From a virus (lineage: Duplodnaviria; Heunggongvirae; Uroviricota; Caudoviricetes), in IMG/VR virus record IMGVR_UViG_3300033121_000823, positions 19,348-83,347 of that record: DNA of 64,000 nt; one strand, given 5' to 3'. Position numbers and translations under genes: made by a program. Shown one piece after another: positions 18,365-25,555 of the stretch. Below the pieces are notes generated by a model that saw only the letters and a program-made list of their open reading frames with translations, had not been told where the DNA came from and ran no database searches. Every line of letters begins with the position of its first letter. The first letter of the stretch is position 1.

Positions 18365-18445
18365 ACTTACTCAGCGGAAGCGCAGAAAATCGAATTCTGG
18401 ACCCTTTCGGGCACTGTTTTCAAGACAGTTTAGCACGCCAACTGC
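18365..18445 (-). tRNA. tRNA-Ser(UGA), type II
   Basis: Acceptor GGAAGTG/CGCTTCC, anticodon stem ACTGT/ACAGT with loop CTTGAAA, variable arm GCCCGAAAGGGT, T-arm CAGAA-TTCGATT-TTCTG. Confidence 0.55.
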
Positions 18446-18509
18446 AATCACTTCCTGGTCGCGGATTCTTACGCTCATGAAACGTAAGTTTGCTAGCTTA
18501 ATCCGCAAG

Positions 18510-18595
18510 CGTTCCACTGGGGAATCGAACCCTATCCTTCCAACCAACGTATTTAAGGAATCAACTTAGAAGATTGATGTCGGCTACAGTGGAAC
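18510..18595 (-). tRNA. type II tRNA, anticodon unresolved
   Basis: Perfect acceptor GTTCCAC/GTGGAAC, T-arm TAGGG-TTCGATT-CCCCA, about 86 nt with long variable region. Confidence 0.4.
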
Positions 18596-18602
18596 GTAAA
18601 CA

Positions 18603-18668
18603 GACATCACTTTTTAAACAAAAACCATTGTTATTTTGATAGTTGCTGATGATGTCTTAGTACCGTGT
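18603..18668 (-). ncRNA. conserved inter-tRNA element A (hairpin AGACATCA...TGATGTCT containing ATCAGCAACTAT)
   Basis: Shares TTTTGATAGTTGCTGATGATGTCTT with element B (22444..22499) and ATCAGCAA with 15975..16032; sits between tRNAs. Confidence 0.35.
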
Positions 18669-18670
18669 AC

Positions 18671-18742
18671 GGGTAACGCCCCCGTCTCATCAGATTGAAA
18701 TTCTGAGAACCTCACTTGAAGTTAAACACGGCATATTATTTT
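18671..18742 (-). tRNA. tRNA-Glu(UUC)-like with atypical T-loop
   Basis: Acceptor GCCGTGT/ACACGGT, D AACT-TCAAGTGA-GGTT, anticodon stem TCAGA/TCTGA with loop ATTTCAA, T-arm ACGGG-GGCGTTA-CCCGT. Confidence 0.4.
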
Positions 18743-18797
18743 TGGTGTATACTATATAGGCACCATTTCTGGAAACTTTTATCTATAGGAGAATCAA

Positions 18798-19382
18798 ATG
18801 TACACCTGCAAATGTGGGACTATATTCACACAAACAAAACATAATCAAATTTATTGTAGCAAAAAATGTAAATATAAATTTAAAAGATTAAAAGTATTAG
18901 CAAATAAAAACAAAAATAATTTTTGTATTGTATGTAATACAAATACATATAATCCAAAATATTGTTCTAAAAAATGTTATTTATCAATAAATAAAATTTC
19001 TAGTCCAAAATTAAAAGATGTTTTTTGTAAAAAGTGTAATACGTTTCTTAGAAACGGTTCTACATTATCCCAAATAAAAATTTGTAATAATTGTAATCCT
19101 AATTATGTTGATTGGTCAAAAATAACAAAAATAGAAATGAGAAATAAATATAAAAATTCATTGCAATATCATTCAAGACTACGTTCTTTAGCAAGAAAGA
19201 AGTGTAAAGATAATACCTGTAAAATATGTGGATATACATTACATATTGAAGTATGCCATATACGTCCTATATCAGATTTTCCAGACACAGCTTTAGTTTC
19301 TGAAATAAATGATATGTCAAATCTTGTAGCTTTATGTCCTAATTGCCATTGGGAATATGACAACGGATTAATAAAACTTTAG
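18798..19382 (+). CDS. HNH homing endonuclease, free-standing in tRNA cluster
   Basis: Multiple CxxC zinc fingers; C-terminal HIEVCHIRPISDF ... LVALCPNCHWEYDNG is an HNH His-Me finger; plus strand among minus-strand tRNAs. Confidence 0.75.
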   Translation: MYTCKCGTIFTQTKHNQIYCSKKCKYKFKRLKVLANKNKNNFCIVCNTNTYNPKYCSKKCYLSINKISSPKLKDVFCKKCNTFLRNGSTLSQIKICNNCNPNYVDWSKITKIEMRNKYKNSLQYHSRLRSLARKKCKDNTCKICGYTLHIEVCHIRPISDFPDTALVSEINDMSNLVALCPNCHWEYDNGLIKL

Positions 19383-19383
19383 C

Positions 19384-19452
19384 AGCGGAACCTGGAATCG
19401 AACCAGGGAGGTTAGCTTATGAAACTAACGAGATACCACTTCTCAATTCCGC
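19384..19452 (-). tRNA. tRNA-Met(CAU) (could be fMet, Met or Ile-lysidine type)
   Basis: Acceptor GCGGAAT/GTTCCGC, anticodon stem TTAGT/GCTAA with loop TTCATAA, T-arm CCTGG-TTCGATT-CCAGG. Confidence 0.5.
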
Positions 19453-19455
19453 AAG

Positions 19456-19529
19456 TTTCACTAGTTGGACTCGAACCAACGCTGTCGCGGACTATTAATC
19501 CCGCCGTTCTACCACTGAACTATAGTGAA
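19456..19529 (-). tRNA. tRNA with 8-nt anticodon loop (ATTAATAG), identity unresolved
   Basis: Acceptor TTCACTA/TAGTGAA, classic D-arm GTTC-AGTGGTA-GAAC, T-arm GTTGG-TTCGAGT-CCAAC, anticodon stem GCGGG/CCGC(T). Confidence 0.45.
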
Positions 19530-19671
19530 TCCTCCATTATTAGTAGCGATGGATTGACACTCATTTTAGTCGCCGTAACTTTACACCAATAACTCCGACT
19601 CAAAGTGTCGTTGTGTTCATATACAGCCAAAGTAATCATATTTTAATTCCCATTACTGGGGAATCGCGCGA

Positions 19672-19710
19672 GTAGTCCGGGTAGGAATTGAACCTACGAC
19701 TTCCACTTTA
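19672..19710 (-). tRNA. 3' exon of intron-containing tRNA (anticodon likely UAU or GAU)
   Basis: Anticodon 3' stem AGTGG, variable AAGTC, T-arm GTAGG-TTCAATT-CCTAC, acceptor CCGGACT complementary to GGTCCGG at 20021..20027. Confidence 0.45.
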
Positions 19711-19992
19711 TCTTACCACTATAGTTTTCACTACCAATAAATTGTTTGTGGTCTGGACTTTTTCTTTATCATGATATTATTTCTAATATTTTAGATATTT
19801 CCCGTAAAGTCTCTGCACTTTTTGGCGTCTTCAATCAAGAATTAGACAAATGTATACTATTGTGTCATAATTGTCACTGTGAAGAACATGCCAACTTAGC
19901 TCAAGATTGCCATGATAGTTAGTAACTATCGAAGGTTTCCTTGAATTTGAGAAATTCTACTTTTACCGTTTCCAGTAAAGCACTCATAAATC
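19711..19992 (-). mobile_element. group I intron in tRNA anticodon loop (about 280 nt, no intact ORF)
   Basis: R-like GTGCAGAGACTTTACGGGAAA and S-like AAGAAAAAGTCCAGAC (compare td R GTTCACAGACTA, S AAGATATAGTCGGAC); 5' exon ends in U, intron ends in G. Confidence 0.45.
19795..19920 (+). pseudogene. remnant HNH-like ORF inside the tRNA intron (antisense)
   Basis: Short ORF ending ...ELDKCILLCHNCHCEEH resembling the C-terminal LCPNCH HNH motif of 18798..19382. Confidence 0.25.
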
Positions 19993-20027
19993 TAAGAATG
20001 GCGCTCTAACCACTGAGCTACCGGACC
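19993..20027 (-). tRNA. 5' exon of intron-containing tRNA
   Basis: GGTCCGG-TA-GCTC-AGTGGTTA-GAGC-G-CCATT-CTT; no downstream complement for anticodon stem until 19702..19706. Confidence 0.45.
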
Positions 20028-20159
20028 ATACGGCCTATCGGCCGATATATTCTTTACTACAAACTAAATATATTCTATATGAGTGGACACTGTGGGAGTC
20101 AAACCCAAAAAACTTCGTTGCAAGCGAAATCCCTACATCGGTAGGACCAGGCCCATTAT

Positions 20160-20354
20160 TTATATCTTCACAAGATTATTAGGTTCAAAAGAGGCGAAAG
20201 TCTGTTTATTACTTCGTCTCATATACTCAACTCTAACACGCTTTTCACTAAAACCGCAGATGATACCGCGTTTAAGTCGTGTTGTACAACCAATCTTTAC
20301 AGGCATTACAACCTCATCACCAAGCGATAGTTCTTTTCCGGCAAAATCTTTCAC
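20160..20354 (-). CDS. hypothetical small protein
   Basis: 64 aa ORF. Confidence 0.3.
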   Translation of the reverse strand: MKDFAGKELSLGDEVVMPVKIGCTTRLKRGIICGFSEKRVRVEYMRRSNKQTFASFEPNNLVKI

Positions 20355-20614
20355 ATTACATTCCTTATATGGGCCTTTGTCTTCTCAATTCTTTCAAAGT
20401 TAGCTCTGCCATCATTACATGATAAACAGGCAACCCAAATATCTTCATCATACCAGCCTAGTCTACCATTACATCCAAGACACTCTTTATCAATATTATT
20501 GCAATATTCCTCATATTGTTTTTGTGACATATCTCCATCAATGTCACTCGGTAGTCTTCCAGGTTTTGCCAACAGTTTATCTGGTAGTTGTTTCATGTGG
20601 TTTCCATTTTTCAT
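20351..20614 (-). CDS. small zinc-finger protein
   Basis: CLGCNG ... CLSCNDG. Confidence 0.35.
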   Translation of the reverse strand: MKNGNHMKQLPDKLLAKPGRLPSDIDGDMSQKQYEEYCNNIDKECLGCNGRLGWYDEDIWVACLSCNDGRANFERIEKTKAHIRNVM

Positions 20615-21200
20615 AAATTAAATTATCAATTTTAATTTGCATTTCTTTTTTAAATTCATTAATTTCAGTTAATTTATGATGATTAGGACATAATGGTATT
20701 AGATTTTTAACGTCATTATTACTATGATTATAGTCAATATGATGCACTTCTACAACTTTATCCCAGTCACATATTGCACATTTATACTCCCAATATTGAA
20801 AACAGATATGTCTATAAATAGTTCTTGTTTTAGAACCTTTAACAAACATTCCAGTTTTATACTGACCGTTATTTTCCCCGCTTCTAAAGAATGTATTCGC
20901 ACACGCTCTAGAACAAACGCTTTTTTCATCCTTATGATTTGTTTTAGTTTGAAATTTAATATTGCAAACTGGACAAACCTTTTCAAGTATTATATACTTT
21001 CTCGACCATGCCCATTTATCAAAATGGGAAATATTTAAGTTATTTTCAACAATAATTTTTTCAAGCTTTTTAAAACCATTACCATTTATTGGTATATTTA
21101 AAGCTCTAGCAAACTCACTTTTACTTTTTGATTGATTAGCTATTAATTGTAAATTTTCTATAGACTGCATAGTATATCTCCTTAATATACTATACACCAA
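20577..21200 (-). CDS. HNH homing endonuclease
   Basis: CPVCN/CSRAC zinc fingers and VVEVHHIDYNHSNNDVKNLIPLCPNHH HNH motif. Confidence 0.7.
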   Translation of the reverse strand: MVYSILRRYTMQSIENLQLIANQSKSKSEFARALNIPINGNGFKKLEKIIVENNLNISHFDKWAWSRKYIILEKVCPVCNIKFQTKTNHKDEKSVCSRACANTFFRSGENNGQYKTGMFVKGSKTRTIYRHICFQYWEYKCAICDWDKVVEVHHIDYNHSNNDVKNLIPLCPNHHKLTEINEFKKEMQIKIDNLIYEKWKPHETTTR

Positions 21201-21226
21201 TTTTAGTCTAACATCAAAGATTTCGG

Positions 21227-21304
21227 TCTAGTAGGTCGGATTTGAACCGACGTAATCTCCTGTTCCCAAAACAGGCGAGATAAACCAAACTCCTCTACTA
21301 CTAG
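21227..21304 (-). tRNA. tRNA-Pro(UGG)
   Basis: Acceptor CTAGTAG/CTACTAG, anticodon stem CCTGT/ACAGG with loop TTTGGGA, T-arm GTCGG-TTCAAAT-CCGAC. Confidence 0.55.
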
Positions 21305-21308
21305 TTGT

Positions 21309-21408
21309 TCGCGAATATAGGATTCTAACCTATTCTCAGTTCCGTAAACTGCACTAGCCTCATGCACCAGAAAAGAAGTTCTAATCATCGTCATGACAAA
21401 CATTCGCG
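21309..21408 (-). ncRNA. atypical tRNA-like element (100 nt) flanked by 7-bp inverted repeat CGCGAAT/ATTCGCG
   Basis: T-arm-like ATAGG-TTAGAAT-CCTAT and anticodon-like CAGT-TTACGGA-ACTG; no canonical D-arm. Confidence 0.3.
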
Positions 21409-21411
21409 AAG

Positions 21412-21485
21412 CTCCATCCCTACGTAACGCTCGTAGCAAAGCGGGTGTTAACAGCACCCCGGATTCACTTGCTTCCTCGGATGGA
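21412..21485 (-). tRNA. tRNA-Asn(GUU)
   Basis: Perfect acceptor TCCATCC/GGATGGA, anticodon stem GGGTG/CACCC with loop CTGTTAA, T-arm CTACG-AGCGTTA-CGTAG. Confidence 0.5.
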
Positions 21486-21550
21486 ATAATACATAAGTGA
21501 TTGTTATCTTGAGTAATTAGCTACTTTACTCTCATCCAATGTTATGTAAG

Positions 21551-21623
21551 CGATGTATACGGGAATTAAACCCGCAGCATCGTGTTCGACAAACACGCCT
21601 CATTATCGTTTGAGTCATACACC
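21551..21623 (-). tRNA. tRNA-Asp(GUC)
   Basis: Acceptor GGTGTAT/ATACATC, D CTCA/TGAG, anticodon stem CGTGT/ACACG with loop TTGTCGA. Confidence 0.6.
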
Positions 21624-21627
21624 ATTA

Positions 21628-21715
21628 GTATCGACAACAGGATTTGAACCTGTATGGTATTTTTATAACCGGCACGTTCTAAGCGTGATGCGTCTGCCTT
21701 TCCGCCATGTCGACA
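21628..21715 (-). tRNA. tRNA-Leu(UAG), type II
   Basis: Acceptor TGTCGAC/GTCGATA, anticodon loop CTTAGAA, long variable arm, T-arm ACAGG-TTCAAAT-CCTGT, 88 nt. Confidence 0.55.
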
Positions 21716-21804
21716 TACTTTCTACCGAAAGTAGTAAAGACAAAATATAAAGCTTAAAATAAGCGAAATAATTATAACTGCTAGAAGCACAAATATAGCA
21801 ATAA

Positions 21805-22020
21805 TCATTTACAATAAACCTTTACCTCTTCTTTTTCTCTATCAACTTCTTTATATCCACCTTTTCTAGCAACATCAGTAGTTGGAGACTGAACATTTCT
21901 ATCTTCAAACCAAACTGTGCAGTCTTGCTCGCCTTGTCCTTCAAACCAACTTGCTAAAATCTTAGCTTGTTTAAAGGTTAACCCTTCAAAAATACAACGT
22001 GCCATAATTATTCCTTTCAA
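21805..22020 (-). CDS. hypothetical protein within tRNA cluster
   Basis: 71 aa ORF with upstream spacing consistent with RBS. Confidence 0.4.
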   Translation of the reverse strand: MKGIIMARCIFEGLTFKQAKILASWFEGQGEQDCTVWFEDRNVQSPTTDVARKGGYKEVDREKEEVKVYCK

Positions 22021-22025
22021 TTTAT

Positions 22026-22099
22026 TGGTGGAACCATAGAGAATCGAACTCTACTATTCTGGGTAAGAGCCAGAAGCATCACCACAATGCTTTGGTTCC
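22026..22099 (-). tRNA. tRNA-Lys(CUU), CCA encoded
   Basis: Acceptor GGAACCA/TGGTTCC, D GCAT-TGTGGTG-ATGC, anticodon stem TCTGG/CCAGA with loop CTCTTAC, T-arm TAGAG-TTCGATT-CTCTA. Confidence 0.6.
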
Positions 22100-22197
22100 A
22101 ACTACGTTGGTATTATAGTTACAAAACTGACTAGTGTTCCACATAATGGATTGGCCTCCCAATTTAATTGCTTGGAAATTTTTGCTGAACTAGTCAA

Positions 22198-22269
22198 GTA
22201 GGGCCGCAGGGACTTGAACCCTATTCTTCTTGTTAAAAGCAAGAAGCTTCACCGTAAAAGCTTCGACCC
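22198..22269 (-). tRNA. tRNA-Lys(UUU)
   Basis: Acceptor GGGGTCG/CGGCCCT, D GCTT-TTACGGTG-AAGC, anticodon stem TCTTG/CAAGA with loop CTTTTAA. Confidence 0.6.
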
Positions 22270-22368
22270 CAAATATTGCACATACATTGAATATTAAAAC
22301 TCTTATTATAGTTTGCAGAACCATAATAATTGCCAATGTCATCTACTGCATTATTAGATGGTGCAAGT

Positions 22369-22439
22369 GGATTGTGAAGGATTTGAACCTCCATCACCGG
22401 CTAATTCGACGGTGCATTTTTCATTATGCTAACAACCCA
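22369..22439 (-). tRNA. tRNA, anticodon arm non-canonical (unresolved)
   Basis: Acceptor GGGTTGT/ACAATCC, D GCAT-AATGAAAA-ATGC, T-arm GGAGG-TTCAAAT-CCTTC; anticodon region ACCGTCGAATTAGCCGGTG. Confidence 0.4.
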
Positions 22440-22443
22440 TTAG

Positions 22444-22499
22444 AACAGACTACGAATCGCATCAATTAACAGTTGATAATTTTATAGTTGCTGATATAG
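22444..22499 (-). ncRNA. conserved inter-tRNA element B (hairpin AGACTA...TAGTCT containing ATCAGCAACTAT)
   Basis: Aligns with element A over TTTTATAGTTGCTGATATAGTCTT. Confidence 0.35.
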
Positions 22500-22502
22500 T
22501 CT

Positions 22503-22575
22503 TGGCGGGCGGGGTTGGTTTTGACCAACAACTCTAACTAAAGTTAGTGTATTTCTTTATACTACCCACCCATAA
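22503..22575 (-). ncRNA. tRNA-like gene with 4-nt anticodon loop, CCA encoded
   Basis: Acceptor GGGTGGG/CCCGCCC, D GTAT/ATAC, T-arm GTTGG-TCAAAA-CCAAC, GCCA 3' end; CTAAC-TTTA-GTTAG hairpin replaces the anticodon loop. Confidence 0.35.
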
Positions 22576-22633
22576 ACAGATTACACTAATCATTGATAAT
22601 TAATGTTTGATTAGATTTTGCTGAGGTAATCTT

Positions 22634-22721
22634 TAGTGAGCCATAAGGGAATCGAACCCCTTGCCTGCCAACACACATAATAAAGGCAACTGTTTTACAG
22701 ACAGCCGTGTGTAATATGACT
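22634..22721 (-). tRNA. type II tRNA, possibly Tyr(GUA), atypical D region
   Basis: Acceptor GAGTCAT/ATGGCTC, anticodon-like GCTGT-CTGTAAA-ACAGT, long extra arm, T-arm AGGGG-TTCGATT-CCCTT. Confidence 0.35.
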
Positions 22722-22736
22722 CATTATTTCTTCCAA

Positions 22737-22818
22737 GTATCGCCGGTGGGATTCGAACCCACAATCCCGAAGGCAGGAATTTTTAAGACTCCTGTGTATA
22801 CCAGTTCCACCACGGCGA
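22737..22818 (-). tRNA. tRNA-Leu(UAA), type II
   Basis: Acceptor GTCGCCG/CGGCGAT, anticodon stem GGAGT/ATTCC with loop CTTAAAA, variable arm with TTCG hairpin, T-arm GTGGG-TTCGAAT-CCCAC. Confidence 0.5.
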
Positions 22819-22833
22819 CATACATTCTTTTTA

Positions 22834-22907
22834 GTACTAGTTGTCGGAATCGAACCGACTCTTTTTCCGTTTTACAAGAACGGTGCCTTCCCATTCGGCC
22901 AAACTAG
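22834..22907 (-). tRNA. tRNA-Thr(UGU)
   Basis: Acceptor ACTAGTT/AACTAGT, anticodon stem CCGTT/AACGG with loop CTTGTAA, T-arm GTCGG-TTCGATT-CCGAC. Confidence 0.55.
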
Positions 22908-22921
22908 TGAAATAGCACTGG

Positions 22922-23539
22922 ATGGCGTATATAGTAGTATACACTTCACATAATCCAGTAAAGAGGTCAAAAAAAATGAACAAGTGCGAACAATGTCAAA
23001 ACGATTCCAATGGTAGATTTTGTTCTAAACGATGCTGTATTATTTGGAATAATAAAGCTAGAGCCAAACCTAAAAAGGAAAAAGTACAAAAACTTTGCCT
23101 AAACTGTTCAAAGCCAACTAAACGTAAATATTGCTCAAGTGATTGTTCACAACAATATAAAAAGCAAAGCTTATGTTTAAATTGTAACAATAAAACAAAA
23201 AGAAAATTTTGTTCCACAAAATGTCAAAGACAATTTTTAGATAAAAAAATATTTCTCAATATAGAGTCAGGAGTTAACTTATGTCTACATAGCAAAAAAC
23301 GCTATCTAATACATAAATATGGTGACAAGTGCTCTATATGTTCGGTTGAAACATGGCTCGATAAACCACTCGTGAAGATTTTAGACCACATTGATGGTAA
23401 TTCATCAAATAATGATATTACTAATCTTCGTTTAGTTTGCTCAAATTGCGACTCTCAACTACCAACATACAAAAGTAAGAATAAAGGAAACGGTAGACAT
23501 TACAGACGTGAACGATACAAAAACAATCAATCATACTGA
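22922..23539 (+). CDS. HNH homing endonuclease
   Basis: Repeated CxxC/CSxxC zinc knuckles; C-terminal HIDGNSSNNDITNLRLVCSNCD HNH motif. Confidence 0.7.
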   Translation: MAYIVVYTSHNPVKRSKKMNKCEQCQNDSNGRFCSKRCCIIWNNKARAKPKKEKVQKLCLNCSKPTKRKYCSSDCSQQYKKQSLCLNCNNKTKRKFCSTKCQRQFLDKKIFLNIESGVNLCLHSKKRYLIHKYGDKCSICSVETWLDKPLVKILDHIDGNSSNNDITNLRLVCSNCDSQLPTYKSKNKGNGRHYRRERYKNNQSY

Positions 23540-23597
23540 CCGTTGCCCTGTCCCACTATTATACTACCTTAGTACCTCTCAGTCAACGGGGTCAAAT

Positions 23598-23622
23598 TAT
23601 TCAGTAAAAGGTCCGGCGGTCG
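23598..23622 (-). terminator. GC hairpin plus T-run downstream of 23656..24072
   Basis: CCGGCG-AC-CGCCGG followed by ACCTTTTAC on the minus strand. Confidence 0.35.
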
Positions 23623-23655
23623 CCGGTTGTCCGCTCATTATACTAAGTGGAACCC

Positions 23656-24072
23656 CTACTGTCCAGTGGTCAAAAGTTTAGCCTGTTCTTCCAAAATTAT
23701 TCTTTCGGCAATTCGTTCTATCAATGCTCGTATCCGATTAAGTAGTCGGCAACGTCCTCTTCTCAATTGTAGGTCAACCGTAGAAGTCACGATTGCACCG
23801 CTTTCTCCATAGCTTACATCAGCCCTATAATAAAAGCTGTTTACGCGACCATGTGGCGATAAAGTTTTCACTTCAAGATAGCCAATATTTGTCCTAGTAT
23901 ATACTTTACAAGTAACTTCTAAATCTGCATCCTTAACAATCGGCGGAATATTTTCCCGTATCTTTTGGAAGACCGGATGGTCCTCACTAATCCTAACAGT
24001 CTTACTATCTTCGGCTGACGCCTCAGTTAATAGGAAAAAAGAAAGTAGGGCCGCCGCGAATATCTTATACAT
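23656..24072 (-). CDS. secreted hypothetical protein (contains 40-bp repeat copy)
   Basis: Signal peptide MYKIFAAALLSFFLLTEASA; RBS GAGGAAAAAT; internal GESGAIVTSTVDL encoded by the repeat. Confidence 0.5.
   Translation of the reverse strand: MYKIFAAALLSFFLLTEASAEDSKTVRISEDHPVFQKIRENIPPIVKDADLEVTCKVYTRTNIGYLEVKTLSPHGRVNSFYYRADVSYGESGAIVTSTVDLQLRRGRCRLLNRIRALIERIAERIILEEQAKLLTTGQ
23769..23808. repeat. 40-bp perfect direct repeat, copy 1 (inside secreted-protein gene)
   Basis: GTAGGTCAACCGTAGAAGTCACGATTGCACCGCTTTCTCC is identical to 45421..45460. Confidence 0.8.
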
Positions 24073-24092
24073 ATTTTTCCTCTATTAACGAA

Positions 24093-24120
24093 AAAAGGGA
24101 AGCCGTAGCCTCCCTTTTAT
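24093..24120 (-). terminator. bidirectional intrinsic terminator
   Basis: GGGAAGCCGTAGCCTCCC: 7-bp stem with TACG loop, flanked by A-run upstream and TTTTATTT downstream on plus, TTTTTTCG on minus. Confidence 0.5.
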
Positions 24121-24269
24121 TTGGGTATGTTATAGCTACGCATTAACACTGTGGAGTAGGAAATAATGGTGAGGAATTTATACGGAGCGACGCTTCGACG
24201 CAATCTCTCTCATGTTTATAATTCTTTTTATTATTCATAGTTTCTACCTCCACTACTATATACGCCAAG

Positions 24270-24611
24270 TTAATCAACTTCCTTGTATAATTTAGCATAA
24301 TCATCTTCTTTTAAGGAACTTCCAGTCTTTAAGACTGCTTCCATAACTTCTTTTCCATGCTCGCGGAAGTCCTCACCAAGATTATCTCTTGTGATTCTTC
24401 TAAGTGCTACTCTTTGGAAAACTCCAGGACTTTTAGCTACCTTTACCGCTTCGCCAGATGAAGTCTTACATTCTCTAAATCTTGCAATAATCTCTGAAAT
24501 AATTGCGATGAATCCACTTATTGTAGCAGGGTCTAAAGCAGCCTGCCTATTTCCAGTTAGTTCGCCATAATTAATGGCTGTTGCCGAAGCAACTTCTTGT
24601 AATTTACTCAT
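24270..24611 (-). CDS. hypothetical protein
   Basis: 113 aa ORF. Confidence 0.4.
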   Translation of the reverse strand: MSKLQEVASATAINYGELTGNRQAALDPATISGFIAIISEIIARFRECKTSSGEAVKVAKSPGVFQRVALRRITRDNLGEDFREHGKEVMEAVLKTGSSLKEDDYAKLYKEVD

Positions 24612-24943
24612 TATCGTCTCACGCTTCTTTGTACACTTCTAAAGCGTCCGTTTCTTTGTACAGACTTTTCAACCTGTACGTTTTGACGAACTACTTGTTT
24701 CTCTACAACAATAGCAGCGCCATGATGGCCGACAACCTGTCGTTCAACAATAATTCGTTGCGGATGTGAAACCTCAATGAATTGTACATGAGGTACTTCT
24801 ACAAACTCAACAAATCTTTGAGGATGCGCCACAACCTGTCTTTGTACAACTACATTTTGTTGACATACGTTTTGTCTACAATCTGTAGCAGATGCTACAC
24901 CAACAAAACCGAATGCGATTAGTAATCCTAAGATATACTTCAT
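24611..24943 (-). CDS. secreted low-complexity repeat protein
   Basis: Signal peptide plus degenerate repeats VVxHPQRxVE / QVVxHHG. Confidence 0.45.
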   Translation of the reverse strand: MKYILGLLIAFGFVGVASATDCRQNVCQQNVVVQRQVVAHPQRFVEFVEVPHVQFIEVSHPQRIIVERQVVGHHGAAIVVEKQVVRQNVQVEKSVQRNGRFRSVQRSVRR

Positions 24944-24955
24944 ATTTTTCTCCTA

Positions 24956-25555
24956 TTAATTTTTTGACTTTATTGCTAATGCTTTACTATGCATCCACAG
25001 CTTTAATGTCTTTACTTCTTCATCTGATAGTGGTGGGGAACCCTTTGGCATTCTAGCTTCGCCTTCCAATAATAGGGAGGCATCACTTCTATGAAAGACT
25101 AATTCTCTATTAGCTAATTCTAGGGAATCATCAGAAGATACTACTAATTTTCCATCCTTAACCAAAGTTAAGTCACCATCTTGTTTTGTATCACCATGAC
25201 ACTTTGCACATTTCTCAACATATAAGGAAAGTACTTTACTTTCCAAAGCATCTACTGGTTTTTGTTCCGGCTCGACTGGCTTAGCTGGTACTTTTCCAGC
25301 TACATTACCGAGTGTTAATGATTGTAAGGCAAGCGTCATCTTCTTTAACTCTTCAACTTGCTCACGAAGAATCTTTAATTCTTCATCCTTCTTAGCATTA
25401 TCTTCAGCTACTAATTTTTGTCCATGACTATAATAGCCTTGAACTCCTAAATATGTATTTGGGTCAAATTGAACAACTCTCTGACGTACAATTACGTCAG
25501 TAGCCATAACTGGCATAGTTAGTAATCCAATAAATAATGCTAGTAAGTACTTCAT
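24956..25555 (-). CDS. secreted PSCyt1-like (Planctomycete cytochrome-C-type domain) protein
   Basis: Signal peptide, coiled coil, then VEKCAKCHGDTKQDGDLTL ... MPKGSPPLSDEEVKTLKLWM matching the PSCyt1 CxxCHG...L motif. Confidence 0.5.
   Translation of the reverse strand: MKYLLALFIGLLTMPVMATDVIVRQRVVQFDPNTYLGVQGYYSHGQKLVAEDNAKKDEELKILREQVEELKKMTLALQSLTLGNVAGKVPAKPVEPEQKPVDALESKVLSLYVEKCAKCHGDTKQDGDLTLVKDGKLVVSSDDSLELANRELVFHRSDASLLLEGEARMPKGSPPLSDEEVKTLKLWMHSKALAIKSKN

Noticed and set aside
20083-20160. Possible tRNA at 20084..20150 (GGGTTTGACTCCC T-arm-like, palindromic GTGGACAC)
   Set aside because: No matching acceptor stem or anticodon arm could be built. It is left as unexplained GC-rich sequence.
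24946-24960. Recurring TTTTTCTC(C)TATTAA motif seen at many gene boundaries and inside genes
   Set aside because: On the coding (minus) strand it is TTAATAG(G)AGAAAAA(T)ATG, a Shine-Dalgarno plus start context. Internal copies encode L-I-E-K-K in this AT-rich genome. It is not a repeat element.
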